Shown: in pieces, positions 12,441 to 27,024 of the stretch
Layout: each line of letters starts with the position of its first letter
Position numbering within the stretch: position 1 is the stretch's first letter
Source of the DNA: Lama glama
Lineage: Eukaryota
Assembly (NCBI GenBank): GCA_028534125.1
Contig: CM052817.1
Coordinates: forward strand, 62,994,001 to 63,058,000
Length of the DNA stretch: 64,000 nucleotides
Direction: 5' to 3'
Notes under the pieces: generated by a model
Seen by the model: only the letters and a program-made list of their open reading frames with translations
Told to the model about the DNA's origin: nothing
The model's database searches: none
Made by a program: the position numbers and the translations under genes

Positions 12441-15215
12441 CCCAACATTTCAAATTAGGACTCAGCCACCTCTTCTTTGAGAATATGGAGTCAACTCCCA
12501 GGTGCCAGTAAATTAAGAGAAAACCAAGGCTACAGGGAAAAATGCCTATAGCCACAAACTTCAAGAAAATCCACACCTCTGAGCTATGTAGTACTGGAAT
12601 GGATTCTTGCCAGAAAAAAATAGAGATATATTTCTGCTTTCAACTTTGGGGAACTTGGCAACAGAAATGAGGCTGGGAGTTTTATGGGATATGTATCATC
12701 TACTTATTTTTTTAACAAATAAAAACAGTTTAATCAATGAACTTGCAAATTGACTAGTGAGTTAATAAGTTGTTTAATGAAGTTGATTATTCATTATGTA
12801 CATATTTTATTACATTTTCTATAAGTGTATATTTTAATATAGATTGTGATAACATGACAATTAGAATGGTTCTTCTGAAACGTCAGAGGTTTTGAGAATT
12901 GCTACTTATTTATACTTCTCTCTTTCATGTTTTGAACCAGTTAGAAAGAGCTATAGGAATGAAATCAGGACATAAATGATGTATCATTTTATTGGTGTTA
13001 AAGCTGGAATGAAAAAGCATTCTGAGTTAAGGTTTAAAACATGAGGTCTACCAGTCCATCCTGTGAACTGTACTTAACCTTTAAATTGCAGAAGGAGCAG
13101 CTGCTGAGAGAAAGAAAGTGAAGGAGAGAGACGGAAGATATCAAGCAGTTGTCCTCATATGTTCAGTACGTTCTCATACTACATATGAGTTCTGTTCTGT
13201 AATACACTGATTCAACAATTTTTTCTCTCGAGGTGGAATGTGAGAAAAATACATAGAATGCCTGGAAATATTACTTCATTACTCCTGCTTGAAGAATGGA
13301 ATGGTCATCTATGCATGGAAATATAACTAAAAGAAAAATAGTGTTTCCCCAATAAATTTGGTGAGAAACCAAAATAGTTCAGATCAGATGTACTCTAAGT
13401 TAGAAATGAGATTATAGGCTGAAAATAAATAGACTGAGGAATATCGAATAGACTGAAGAACAAATAAACTAAAACTAGCAATGAGCAAATTGATTTTCCT
13501 AATTAGTTGCAACACACACAGATATCATGAAGGCTTAGCTGAAATGTTTGCGGCTGTCAAAAGGGGTAGTACTTAGCTCTATATAACTGAGAAGCCCATA
13601 AAGCTATGAAAAGTCAGAAACATGGCAGGAAGTATTTAGAGAAAGAGAGGAAGACAGAAGGAATGTACTATGGACCATTAATGCAGTTAACAGGATATGC
13701 TTTCCTAAAATCACAAATGTATGCAGTGGCAAGAAGTAATTTTGACCCAGATATTTACTGTTAAATAAACAATCACCACTCATACAAGCTGGAAATAAAT
13801 AAAGCTTATGATGCACAGTGATGGAGAAGGATTTTCACATATGACCAGATGGCTCTATCCCAAGATATTTAATAGTATGGCATTGCTTTAATTTATTAAG
13901 TTCAGGCTTTGTGCTTCAGTTTTGCAGGCTTAGAAACTACAATTGTCAGCTCACCAAGATTATATTCATCTCTCCAGGGCTACTTAAGTGAACAAAAAAA
14001 GATTTATAGTGTTTATAAAGGAACAAAATCCAACTGACTACTTTAAATGAGAAATATGGTGAATACAACCAGATGGCTACATCCTCCAGTCAATTCATTT
14101 TTCCCATGATTATAGAAAACAGAATTATAATCAATAGGTTTGTTGCTTAGTAAGAAAGGAATAATTAGATAACTCAACATTTAATGGCATCAGACTGAAA
14201 TTGCCTAACATACACTTCTCCTCAGGATGGAGATAAGGAAGTACAACAAAATTCTAAGTAGTTCAGGTCTTGAACCAGGGCACTGCCCACCAATGCCTCT
14301 GTAATCTCTCTCTAATTTTAAACCAGTATGCTATCACCCATCATGTGCTGATTTCAGAATTCAACACTGAAAAAGTTTTGTTCATTCTTCCTTTTTATCT
14401 GAGAGTGACATGTGAGATTTACACAAATTACTCTGATCAAGTCTTGACTAGACCTATTAAGTATTGATACCCTAAGTTAAGGAAATGATGATAAGAATGG
14501 TTCTACTAATTCTAAATCTGAACATAAGAACTGGAATATGAGATGGAACTGCTAATATTCCTTTCTAGAAAAACACCTGGCATTCTACATTATATTAACT
14601 CATATGAAAGACTTCGAAGAAATAGCCTCCAAAGCCAGAGTTTCTCAAAGAGAAAATAGATAAAGAAGGAGAACAGAAGCACTACACAATTAAATTCTTA
14701 TCATTAGAATGCTACAGAAGGAGAAAAAAGCAGGAAGTCTATGAAAGCCAAACTAGCTGCTTATGAATTCATATCCTTGGGATATTTAAAATGAATAAAA
14801 GGAAAACAGAGATTACATGTGCCATAATTGGGAAATTTAAGGTTTGAACCATATTTCTGAGAAATTGAATCATGGGCAGAGGAGAGATAACCCCTGAAGG
14901 TAACATGGGAAAAACTGGCCAGCCCATTGTCATCTGCCCTGTCCAGTTTGCTTTCCCCAGTCAGATGCCCCAAATCTTTACATATGTGGAAGCAAATGTT
15001 ATAAAATGCAAGTACTATTAAAATATTCAGAAAGTCCAACTCATATTTGTCTGGGTAAATAACCAATCATAAAAAACAATGACCCAAACCCACATTTCCT
15101 AAAGAATTTTGCCTAAAGACTGATCTGCTGAGTGGACAGTTAGCTTAAATTCAGCCTCCTCTTAAGTATTTTTGGAGCTATTTGAGACCTTTTTTTTGTT
15201 GTTGTGATATTGTAT

Positions 15216-15264
15216 TGTTTTGAATTGGTGATATTGCATTGATACTGTTTTGAATTGGTGATAT
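15216..15264. repeat. 19-bp direct duplication (tgttttgaattggtgatat x2, period 30)
   Basis: Identical copies at 15216-15234 and 15246-15264. Confidence 0.9.
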
Positions 15265-16229
15265 CTTTACGGAATTTTAAGAATTATTAAGTCAATAAAT
15301 CTAGAAGTACTTCCTCACTTTTTTTGCATTTCTAATACATATGTGTCAAGTCTACTATATTTTCTGACTATAGATGCGTTTTTTTTTGTTTCATCTCTTT
15401 CAAATATTTTGAGATTATTTTTATGGCTTTACTTAAATACTCTTCCTCCAAATATGTTGTGCTTCCAGTAATTCATACTTAAACATTTATAGCAGTCTTT
15501 AGAAATGTTATTCACTGCAGTTATGCCTTTGTTCTTGTTTTATCCAATTGTGTGTGCCTGTGTTTACCCCATGCATTAAACAAATTACTAACTGCCAATA
15601 CTCATTTCTGTCAGTCTTTTCTTAGATATTGATATTCGTACAGGAAAAAAAAACAAAGGAAATTGGATAAGTCAGAACGTTATTGAACTCCATTAAATCT
15701 TATTCTTCAAGAAAAGTATTAAAATGTAAATGTGAAACAAAAGGATACATTGATCATTGGTATCACCATTATGCTGAAATTTCACTGTTGTTTCAAAGCA
15801 AGTCATGATTGTCCACTTCAGATAGTCAACTGTTAGTTGATTATTGAGCAAAGTCATAAATAGCACCCTGTTTAAGAACTGTAAGTTAGCAGGTATTCCT
15901 CACTCAGTGGTGCACAAATGGCTGTAATTAATTTTTGCGAGTAACTGTACAAACAGACTGTACAAATTGTACAAATAGACACAACTTAAAATCCCAACCC
16001 AGACACATTACATGGATATAATCATACCCACCATATCCCTGCAATTTGTTCCCAGACTCTCCAAGGAATCTATTTATTGACCTTAATACTTAGTGTGACC
16101 AGCTATTCACTTTGCTACCAGACTTGCTCCTACAGAAGCCATAACTTTTAATGCAGCCAATCTCCCCAAGGCTGGAAAACCAAGCCACTTAACTATTTGA
16201 TAAGGTGGCATATTGATAGTAAATAAGAT

Positions 16230-16710
16230 AAAAGAGGATATTCCAGATCAGGCCACCGAAATTTGAGTTGTATTTTTGGATGAGTCAGTTGTACAAGAAG
16301 GATCCTCAAAGACTATCACTAGGAAGAGTCACGTCAGGCAACAGAGCAGAGAATAGAGAGGAGGAGAGAGGGGGATTGAGAGGGGAAGAAGTGAGGTTCC
16401 AGTACCCAGTCAGCAAGAGCCAGGAAACAGGGCACTTCTGGAGGCTGAATGTTAAGTACAAACGTGAATAAAGCCGAAGAATTTGTCCTAAAGAATGCAC
16501 TCAGTTCAGCCAGGCTGGTGCAAATCCAATAGCATTTTAGGACTAGAATGCTTTGTAAACCCAGGGTGTTTTGGCATATGTCCTATAGATTGGTGTAGCC
16601 CAGTGGGACCCTAAGTTTCTATGCACTATGCCATGTTTTCCTTAGGGAAATGGACAAAATGGAGTGAGAACAATGTGAGGCCCTTATCTTCTTATTTGTC
16701 ATCCCTCACA
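16230..16710. mobile_element. Possible ancient LTR, family unassigned
   Basis: GC-richer, purine-rich island ending in cctcaca; no TSD recognised. Confidence 0.3.
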
Positions 16711-17069
16711 TGCCAACCTATAGTGCTTAAATTCATTTAACCCTTTCTATAACGGCAAGAAATACAGCCCTTTTCAATGCTTTTCACTTAATGCTCCTAA
16801 GTAGCACTAGCAAAGGCAATCCAATCTTGACAGAGACTGACAGAGCAAAACCTACTTAAAATTGCGTATGAAGGAAATACGGGCACATTACTTAAAAATT
16901 TCAGAAAAAAGTTGCTCTACTAAGAGCTTGTCAAATGTTAAAGCTTGAAGCTAGGAAAAAGAAAAGGTATGGAGATGGGTCATTTTGAAACTGGGGTAAC
17001 AAAGATCGAACAGAACTACTGTTGAGGATATATGATAAGAAGAAGTTTAAAATTAATTCAATCAAAATT

Positions 17070-17150
17070 ACTTTCAAATTGTCTAATATCTGCCAGGCAT
17101 TTAGTCAGGTACTGGGTGCTGAGTATACAGTAAAGGATAAAACTGGTGGC
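17070..17150 (-). mobile_element. L2 3' end fragment
   Basis: tgccaggca...actgggtgctgagtatacagtaaa. Confidence 0.45.
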
Positions 17151-18041
17151 ATAGAGCATACAAAACTACCAAATTTCATTCTTTACATATTTTGTAACAG
17201 GGATAATGGTTTTTAGGGTGGAAAAGGGTGTAACAAACAGAGCTCTAAATATATGAGGAGTGGATAAAGAAGAAATTAACCAAGTTAAAGGTTTTGGCTC
17301 AGGCAAATCATAACCCAGAGCCTGCTAACAACTTAAGAATGGGAAAGATATCAAAACACTACCATCTTGACTTATAATTTATAGGGAAAAAGCATATTCA
17401 AAAAATATAGCTTAATAATCTTAACTTTACTAATTAAGCAAGTATTTCTACATTTACTGAGCAAGATAATCCCAGAAATTGGGCAGAGCTGACCATCTAG
17501 TGGAGACATCATTATGTTAAACATTAATAAGTCATTAAAATGAAACTATGATGATAGAATGTGCAGTGTACACATGCGGTTAAAAAAGAAACATGCCCAC
17601 ATCTCCCAGGAAGTGCAAAGAAAGCATATTGATTAAGCTGCCAGTAAAAGAATAATGAACTAAACGAGGCACAGACATTGAGAACATTTATCTCATAACT
17701 TAAAAAGAAACCTAGATGGTTCAATATGTTATCAAGTATCAAGCTCCTTCCACTGGTCTGTTCAACCGTGTCTCCCCTTATGATCAAAAGATGGCCCAAA
17801 CCTAAAATCCATCAGTGACAAAAGGGAGCAGAATTTCCATGATGGCGTTGGGCCAGTCATGGTCTGTTCATCTGTATTAGGGAGTAGTCTGGTCCTTGTG
17901 CCTTTCACTGCCTGAACTCTAGAGAAAATCCAGGATCTGTTAGGCAGGAAAAGAAGGAAATATTTGTTGTGAGGCCTTCAACAGGTCTGCTATAGGGAAC
18001 TTACAAAGAACTGTCAATATTTACCTTGGACTTGATACATG

Positions 18042-18270
18042 CAGGACCTACCAATCCATTAGGCACAAAAGGTATAGTGCTAGGACCCACAATGTACTGA
18101 AGGCCAAGAAAATACTTCAATTTTAAGTCAGAAAAAAAAATTTAGACAGAGGAAAATATTTTAATATATAACATCAATATATCCATCTTTATACCAATGT
18201 GATTGTGAACCATAAATTTAAAATTTTTTCTATAGCAACAAGAGCCCATGGAAGTCATAATACAGCCCTA
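18042..18270. mobile_element. ORSL-like non-autonomous hAT-Tip100 element
   Basis: caggacc...atccattaggcaca...gtgctaggacccac...gagcccatggaagtcataatacagcccta; degenerate 8-bp TSD gatacatg/gttgcatg (6/8). Confidence 0.7.
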
Positions 18271-20759
18271 GTTGCATGAGTGTAGGATGCCAGGTGCACC
18301 AAGAGAGGAAGTGCATTCAAGGTGACAGGAACAGCATATGCATTCCTCACAAGAAAGGTGAACCATCCCACTTCAGTGGAAAGGATGTCTACATTCTCAA
18401 ATGCCCAAGTGGTCCTAGAATCATTACATGCATGAGCAGACATCTGTAGTGAGGATATTCAGATTAATTTACTCCAAGTCAATTTCCTATTAAACTGGAC
18501 ATAATAAACAGATTTTCCCAGGGGTGCCAATGATAACACAGAAACACAATTTTAACAGATTTTCCTTTCCATTTTTCAAAATGATGGATTGATATTTCCA
18601 AAAGAAAGGTGTGCCCTTTTTAAGATTAACTTTGTACTCCATAAACACTGTACCATATACATATGTGCACAGCCCACACACATATATTTTTGCTTTTTGA
18701 CATCTTTTCCAAACTGATACATTTGATAAGTAGCTATCTCTGTATTTTTGCTGTCAAGGTCCTTTATTTGCCAGCTGGTTAGGAAAGAAGGAGGCAAAGG
18801 TCAATTTGCTTTTCCCCAGAAACAAATCTGTCACATCACTGATGTTCCACTGCAGTGGCCTTGTGGGACTGGGGAGGCCAGTCCTCCTCCTTTAGGGCAC
18901 TTCCCGCTCAAATACACACACAACAAATGTTCTTCTATATGAATCAGACATCAGGATCGCAATCAAGCCTGTTATGTTTGGAAAAAACAGTCACAAAATA
19001 CTTGTCTAGATATTTCCAATAATCAGAGTATTTTAAGAAGCTTCTTATAATATATCCTCATGCATCAAAGTTTTCTGGCTTTTGTAGGTGCAAGAGTCTT
19101 ATTTTAGAGAGCAAAACTGCAAAGCTGAGTGATCAAAAGCGTCAGAGCTTCTCTGGCAGAAATAAATACGGTTCAAACATTAGTAAACATGTATGCTGTA
19201 ATGAAAATATCTTCTTATAATACACTTCCCCAGTCTCAGTTATGAATTTCCATGGGAATTATTTCCAAAGACAAGCTTCAGGGAAAACATCAATTAATCT
19301 GCTGAATGAATTTTTGAATCCATTTTCAATGCTGAGACCCCCTCCTGATGCTTGGTAATTACCCCAATATTTTCTGCACACTTGTTTAAACGGCTTCCTC
19401 TTGGGCTTCCTGTGAAGAAGGCCTTTCTCTCTGCTGATCTGAAAGGCAGCTTCCCTTATCACTCTGCTTCATTCCATCTGCAAGTCGTGGGGGGTCTCGC
19501 TAATCATTGTCATTGGAACATTGGATGAGCAGTCTGGGGACATAGATAGATGTGACACCAAAGGAGACCAGGGACTTTTCAACAGAGTGCTCATCTCTGT
19601 AAATGCATCTCGCCCTCCCAGATTCAAAGCAAGAGATGAACTCTTTTAAAGCAAAAGCCTGCACCTTAATTATACAAACACAGTGATTAAAGTTATTATC
19701 ACTCTTTTCAAAGGGCAGGGATTTACTAGAATGGTGTTTTGTTACCTTTGACAGAAAATATTTTGTCCTTGTGAAGAGGACCAAAAGTAACAGAGAAAAA
19801 TGCAATAGGGGAGGAAATAAAATAAGAGGAGGGGAAAATGGTTTTAAACAAAAATGCTACTGATAGAGAAATATAATTTAAAAAGCAGTTGATGCAAAAG
19901 AAAGATAAAAGTTGTACTGTTGGATTTTGAAAGAACTTCAAAGTGTATTCAAATGTCACATTGATTTTTCTTACATCTTTAAGTAGTAAGATTCAAAAGA
20001 TAAATGTGATCCACAATTTATCCACACATGATTTATCTATAAACAGAGAAAATAAAACACAGTGATAGTTTTCATATAAAAATATCCTCCAATTGGAAAT
20101 ATTTATTCTTTAATTTTCTTAAAGATAACTTCCATAGTTTTGGAGATTGTGACATGTGTGAATATCATTTACCATATAAGTTAGTTCAGAGGTTCCTTGA
20201 AACTGTCTGAGGTCTCTGAGAACAAGCTCTGCTACTTTATTTACTGTATAATAAGTGAATGTGGGTAATTTAACTGAGAAAACTCAAAGATACACTGCAA
20301 CAAATATGAGCGATGCAATTTTTTGATGGACAAGTATTTGAACAAAAGATCATTAAGTTAAAGTTTATGGGAAAATAAGTCATCTCTTTCAATATTAAGG
20401 ATATAAAAAATCTCAGTTCAATTAATTTATCTCTGACCTGACTCCCAATATTAAAAAGATTTGAGATAACTTCTCATTTATGATGCTAGTTATTTCTAGG
20501 ATATAAACTTACAAACTACCTGCTATCGTCCAAATAAAGTAAAATACTTAGAAAACCTCTATATTTAGAATATTTAGAAAACCTCTGTCAGTATTTATTT
20601 ATATGCTGGTATGCAGTTTCTATATATCACAGTTCAAATTTTTACCCATAAAATGGAAGATTCAGTCATAATAACAGGCTCGAGTCTGAAAAACAAGACC
20701 AAAGTTAAGATTTAATGGTCTATACTCATCTCTCATTTGTCTCTTCTTCTGTCTTCAGA

Positions 20760-21765
20760 ATCCACAAAATCAGGAATTGCCTCCACTTCTCCGAAATGTC
20801 CCCATGTTAACAAGTTGCTTACAGTTGCTAAAAACCAATAGTTAATTCTCATTTCTCACCTTAGTTGATCTATTAATGACATCTGTCATAGTTTTTCAGG
20901 CCTTTCTTGAATATTTGCTTCCTGGACTCCAGGTCACCATTCTCTCCCGATTTCCCTTCTAGATCATAGACTGTTTCCTCTGGTTTACTCTGATTTTGTT
21001 GGTTTATCTGTTTTTTCCTGACATCTAATAATGTAAATATCCTGCTACTCAGTCCTCACATCTTTCCAGTCTATCTACACTGATCACCTTTGGAGCTCTC
21101 CTTCAGGCTCATAGTTTTAAATAACATCTAAATGCCTATGTCTCAGAAATGGAAATTTTCCATCCTGAATATCTAGCTTGTACTCCCAACTTTTATATCC
21201 AACTTTTTAACTTTATCTAATCATTTAAGTGAATGATAAACATCCCAAACTTAAAATCAAAACAAAACCCCTGATCTTCCCCTAGATATGTTCCTCCTGA
21301 GGTTCCCTAAACTCAACAAATGGAAAATCCATTTATTATTGCTGAAGCAAAAAACCTTGGATTCATCTGACTTCTCTGATTCTTTAACTTTCCACATTTG
21401 ATACATCAGCAATGTTTAACACAACAGCCAGAATGAGCCTTTCTGGAACTCATGATCATGGCGGATCGTGGAAGATCATGACACTCTTCTACTTCAACTT
21501 GTCAATGGCATCCCATGTTGCTCAAATGAAAAACAAAAATGTTTTCTTCCAATGGACTACATGATAATGTTTATTCTACTTCTCTGGATCCATTCTTCCT
21601 TCCTTCTTTCTTTGCTCACTTATATAACTGTCACTTTGATTTATAGTGTTCCTAGATCAGGCCCAACATACTCTCATCTGTGCTTTCCTGACTTGAAAGT
21701 TCATCATTTACATTTATGCTTAGGTTACTCCATCATTTTCTTCAGGTCTTTGTTTATAAATTGAT
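20760..21765 (+). mobile_element. L2 ORF2/3' fragment, about 1 kb
   Basis: CT-rich L2 motifs: ctcagtcctcacatctttccagtctatctacac, ctcatagttttaaataacatcta, aaaaaccttgg. Confidence 0.75.
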
Positions 21766-21915
21766 TCTACTCTTGTTAGTGGCTGTATGTGACCTTGGGT
21801 AAGCTATCTTAATTTTCTGGTATACATTTTTTCTCATCTGTACAATATTGATCAAATCTATTTTACAGAGTCATTGTAAGATTTAAATGAGATAGTAACA
21901 GCATTGATAAAAGCT
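21765..21915 (+). mobile_element. MIR
   Basis: gtgaccttgggtaagctatcttaa...ctcatctgtacaat...gtaagatttaaatgagata. Confidence 0.75.
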
Positions 21916-22304
21916 GCATGAATGAAGTACATCTCAGTCCACAATAAAACATGCTACTTGAGGTATATAAGAGCAGTCTATAAAAGCTCAAATTACACTA
22001 AAATACAGTTTGTATCAGCACTCTACACCTCTTCAAAATATGACAGATTTCCCCAGTCTCTCTAGAAAATAAGACTAATAATAATCCAGACAATAGTCAA
22101 TGTATTTGATTAGAATAGAAAAATCTGTTATATGTAAAAGCAACAAAGTGAAGAGAGTCTAAAGAGGGTATTCTTCAAAGTGAGGTGTCTCAGAAGAGTC
22201 CAGTGTTTATAGTACTGTGCTGGCTCAAATCAGGCTTTTTAGATTGTTTCAGAGCCAATTTTGTCTCCAGAGTCATCAGGTTACAACAATAGTCACATTG
22301 GAGA

Positions 22305-22570
22305 AACAATAGTGTAGTTGATGACATGGACTTTGGTGGTTGATCATTTAGGCTCAACTCAAAAGTCTTCTACTTAGTAGTAGATAAGTGTAGCATGTGG
22401 TTGGGCTAGTTAGCCAGTCTCTCTGGTTACCTAAGTTCTCTCTGCCTAACACTCAGATTGGAAAGTGGGAAGAGTTAGACTACCTGCTGTTTTTATAAGA
22501 ATTAAAGAATCAGTGATACAAACTGTGCAGTGTCCAGTCCATAGTAAGTGGTCAATGGTTATTAGTAAGA
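22305..22570 (+). mobile_element. MIR
   Basis: catggactttgg...catagtaagtggtcaatg. Confidence 0.6.
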
Positions 22571-25092
22571 TTAACTCAGAAACAAATCTTTTGTAAGACC
22601 CTGCATGGGGAATAAAGTAACTCTAAGGTATAGGTAGCATAGGTATACATAGAATCTAATATAAATAAATGACATCTCCCAGAGTTATATATCTCTAGCT
22701 GCAAGTATTTTCAATGGCTCCAGTGATTCCAATGTATCAGAATCACTGTCAGGAAGAAGACAAGAAGCTGTTATGCTGCATGACATCTATCTCCCTTCAG
22801 TCTCCCTGGAGTCTCGTTTTGTCACGGATGGATAAGGAGTCAACTGGAGTCCAAAGTTGAGCTCATTGCATTGGATAATCTAGTCCTGGAAGCAGATCAG
22901 AACCAAATCCATTTAAGGGGACCAAGAAATCTCAAAAAACATGTGTGAGCTTTGAAGTGCCCTGGAACTTTAAATTACCTTTTAGGTCCTTGAAGAATTT
23001 AGAACTCTTTAAGTATTACAGCTTCTTGGTGAGGCACTTGAGTCTATCTGTCCTAAATTTCTGTCTTAATGATTTCTCAGGGATAGTTTATTTTCAATGA
23101 GTCTACTTTTCTAGGAAGCAATCAAAATGATCTATTTCAGTCTGAACCAAAGTGTGGGTTCAATATATAAATCAGCTGAATCCTGAAGCAAGTGTTTCTC
23201 ACTAGTAACTGAATTTTGATAAAAGGGAAAAAAAAAAAAGAATGGCTAATATCTGTGAATACAAGAGAAATTTTTCTCTATCTTTTTTAAGCAACTCTAA
23301 CCTAGACCCAATCTCTCCTCACCAATCCTGTGTTTGGAACAAATACAGATTTCAATTAGTTTAAGATCATATTTTATATCTAGTGTTATCTAAAATGCAA
23401 ACAGTTTTACTCCCATTTCTTATTATACTAACATTTTAGTGTGCTATTGCTTTCTTTTATATAGTCTTCACATCTTTGGGCTGGAACTCATGGTGCTGTA
23501 TGTATATATGAGTGTGTCTGTAACATAACTGCCGAAGCATAATGCATCATTACCATTTTTCCTTTCATATAAACCACATGCCATTTTAATTCTGAATAAA
23601 TTATACATTTAGTTATGGCTCATATTCAGTAACTGGCTGTTTGTCCTTTATATGTGCTACAAAAATTGCTCTTTTATAATTTCTTACCACAAAAAATATT
23701 CACAGTTCTAGGTACAAATCTTTAATGGATTTATAAACTCTACTGAAGAGCTGAAAGTGAATATGTTGATTTGGGCAAATGAGTATATTACTTAGGCAAC
23801 TTCATACTACTGGAATAAATTTAGGAAAACTAATGTGATGAATTTGAGAGACATAACGTCTGTTGCATCTCCTTTATTTCAGTTAAATATACCCAAATAT
23901 AATTAACCAGTTGAAAATTTCATATTTATTTTTATATTAAAAATATTTTCTGAAATACTGATTTTGTGTTACTGCCATAGGTGACTTAAAAGATATTCTC
24001 TCTTTTTAGAAAGTAAGGATCTCAGAAGATACTCTCATATCCACTCCTTTAATGCTTATGACTGGGAACTTGCAGGCTACAGAGTCCTCCTTTTTCCTTA
24101 GAAGTTCTTAGAAGTTTGAACCTAACTGTTAATAGTGAATTAAAGAAAGAAAAGTATTATGTTAAATTAATGTCTGAGGAAGTCTTTGTGAACTATTTTT
24201 GAGAAGTAGAGAAATGGGGAATGAGAACATTTTGATCACTTAACTTGCAAGTGACTTTTATTACATATATATGTCATACATATGTATATCATATAAATAT
24301 CAATAACATGTCATATAAATGTTATATAAATAGAATATGTTGTTAAGCTATATGCCTTTCTCTTTTTAAAATGTGAAATGTTTCACAAAATGCCTGAAAA
24401 CTTTCTGAATAATGAAGGAATTTCTGTGATGTGATGGACTCAGATGGAGGTTACTTGCAAACAAATCATCAATCCACACAAACACAGAAAACAAAAGAAT
24501 GCCAGTTGTTTTACCAAAAAATATTTGTTGAATGAGACAAGAGTCAGTAAATTTATCTCACAGAACACATAGAATATCACATGTTTCTGAATGTTAGGTT
24601 TAGAATGCACAAAATGTTTTCTTTCAGGCCTGCCATTTTCTCTTCTCCAATTCAATCTGTAACTTAACCTGTACAACTTTATGATTTGAAGGGTAATTAT
24701 ATGCATTGATCTCCCTGCATTCTAAACTATCACCTTGTGTTCTATTACTGCTTATACAGATGTGGTTTTTTATTTTCCTTATTTTGATACAGTTTGAAGA
24801 AATGCTTCAGTAGAAGAACTTTTTTTTTCTTTTTTTGTCTAGGATTTGATTAGACTGCTTTTTCCCCAATATACCTGTATTGGAAGTTGAGACAAAAAGG
24901 TGCAAACTCACACTAAATAAACAAGGCAACCTAATCAGTTCTACAAAGTATATTTTGTAAAAGAAGTAGCACTAGTAACAACCGAAACAAATCAGAGTCC
25001 CAGCAGGGACTGTAAGAGAACTTTCTTTTTAAAATGTTGGATATTGCTTCTTTTGGAATCAGAAAACACTGTACATGGAACAAAGGTATGTT

Positions 25093-25218
25093 CTCATTTA
25101 TTATTCGTTCCATAAACATTGTTCAGCATCTGTTATCTATAGGATGGTCTCTTACACATATTGGAGGATGGACAGCTCTATAAGACCCAGACCTCATTCT
25201 TTCCTTCAAGAAATCTTA
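25093..25218 (-). mobile_element. L2 3' end
   Basis: cattt...attcgttccataaacattgttcagcatctg...ttccttcaagaaatctta. Confidence 0.5.
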
Positions 25219-25392
25219 TCAGAATAACAGGAAAATAGTTGCTGCTGATTCCCTACCAGTCTGGGCTGGCCCAACGCTGCCAGGCAAACTGCTAGAATCA
25301 CACCAGACGCATTCCATCTCTCCATCTCTGTTGTAGTCCAAGATTCCTGCTAATCTGAGCTGCAGACCTACCTGCTTAATGTATCTTTCGAA

Positions 25393-25452
25393 ACATACAA
25401 ACACATCGCACCACGCCACACCCACATCCACACACACACATACACACACAAA
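25393..25452. repeat. Imperfect CA-rich microsatellite
   Basis: Read directly. Confidence 0.8.
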
Positions 25453-27024
25453 CATCCCTTACCCTTATTGGACATTGGACATTACTAACAGAACACTGAC
25501 AGAGTTGTTTAAACCCATTTTGATGAAGGAAATATTTATTCGACTTTCTTACATTTAGAAAGCTATAATATAGTCAGAATAGTTTCTTTCTTTCCTGCTT
25601 CCTTATGTGGATACACTGAACTAAAAAATTAGGCTTCTTTAATTTTTGTTATGATCCTTGACTTTCCAATGAATGGTTTAAAAAAAAACTCATTTTAGTC
25701 AAAACTCATTTTTGTAAAGAATCTTTTTTTTTCCTTGAGTCTTTTTATTATATGCAATGCCAATGAGCACAAGTGAGACAATGTAGGACACAGAGCTACT
25801 GTAAGATTCACTGCCTACACTAGCTTCTGAGTTGCAAATGGCTTACTGTGAGACGTTAAGCAGAAGTCTTGTGAAAGAGATTCAGATCACAGAAACCTGA
25901 TATGGGCCAAAAGACATAGAGCACCATAGTGTACTCTCCTAGACACCAGACTTGGGAATGAATAAAGGGTATCATTGATCGGCCTCCTAAATGCCCAGGG
26001 ACTGGTTTAATCCCAAATGTCTCAGGTTTGAAAAAATGTACTGCTGAAGGAATAGATTAATATTTGCATTTCTACAAATGTGGTGGCAATTATTACAAGA
26101 GCATTATGCAGTTTGGCCTTGAGAAAAGAAAGGCTGTATCTTATCAGAACATTTGAGAAATTGAATGTGTACTCATGTGGAAACCTTTTGATGAGGAACT
26201 CTAATTTCTTAGATTCTTTTTTTACAGACTCTGAGGAAAGTTCACTTTAGGGAACAGCATGTCAGTTGTACAATGGGCAATAGCAAAACTAGACACAGTA
26301 CAAAGAACTCGTAGTGCTTAGAAATCATTAAATGCAAAAATCAAAAGATGTAAGACCAAACCTTCTCTGCTTATCTTAAATAGCAAAGGAAGCAGATGCT
26401 GAAGGGTGAAGAAAAGAATTACAAATTATATAAATTATTTACCTTAGCTGACCATTCTAGCATGGTATGGCTCTGATCCTCATTAACCATCACATATCCC
26501 TTTGCTATTCACCCAAGAGACGGCCAAGTGAAGATACTCATATCCGAAACAAGTACCATCACAAGTAAATGACTGTTATTTGAAGAATCTGTCTCTTCTA
26601 CCTCCTAACTCAGATTATATTGAAATCTGGATTTAGGACTCTGTCCCACATACTGATTCTGTAAGACACAGAGAGAAAGTGATGTAAATATATGCACAAG
26701 AGTGTAAAAATAAAGATAGTGTCATATATTTGGAAATAATTTTCTGTGATCACAATTAACTTTATATATTATACATTTTTTCAGTGAATAACTTAGGGAA
26801 AGGGAGAAGTTATTTTTATTTAGATAACATATTTTTAAATGTAGGCATAGTTTATGTTCACTGTAGTGCAAGAGGGCATGACTGATTTATGTTGACAATT
26901 AGATCTCATGCTTTAGTATTATTGGACAGTCAGTCAACTGACATAAAATCTGCATTAGACTGTGCCTTCTATGTGGCAATTTACAACGTTATACAGTCAG
27001 ACAAACAATTTCAATTTAACACCA

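Noticed and set aside
13154..13189. 9-bp inverted repeat
   Set aside because: Built on the self-palindromic CATATG; expected by chance.
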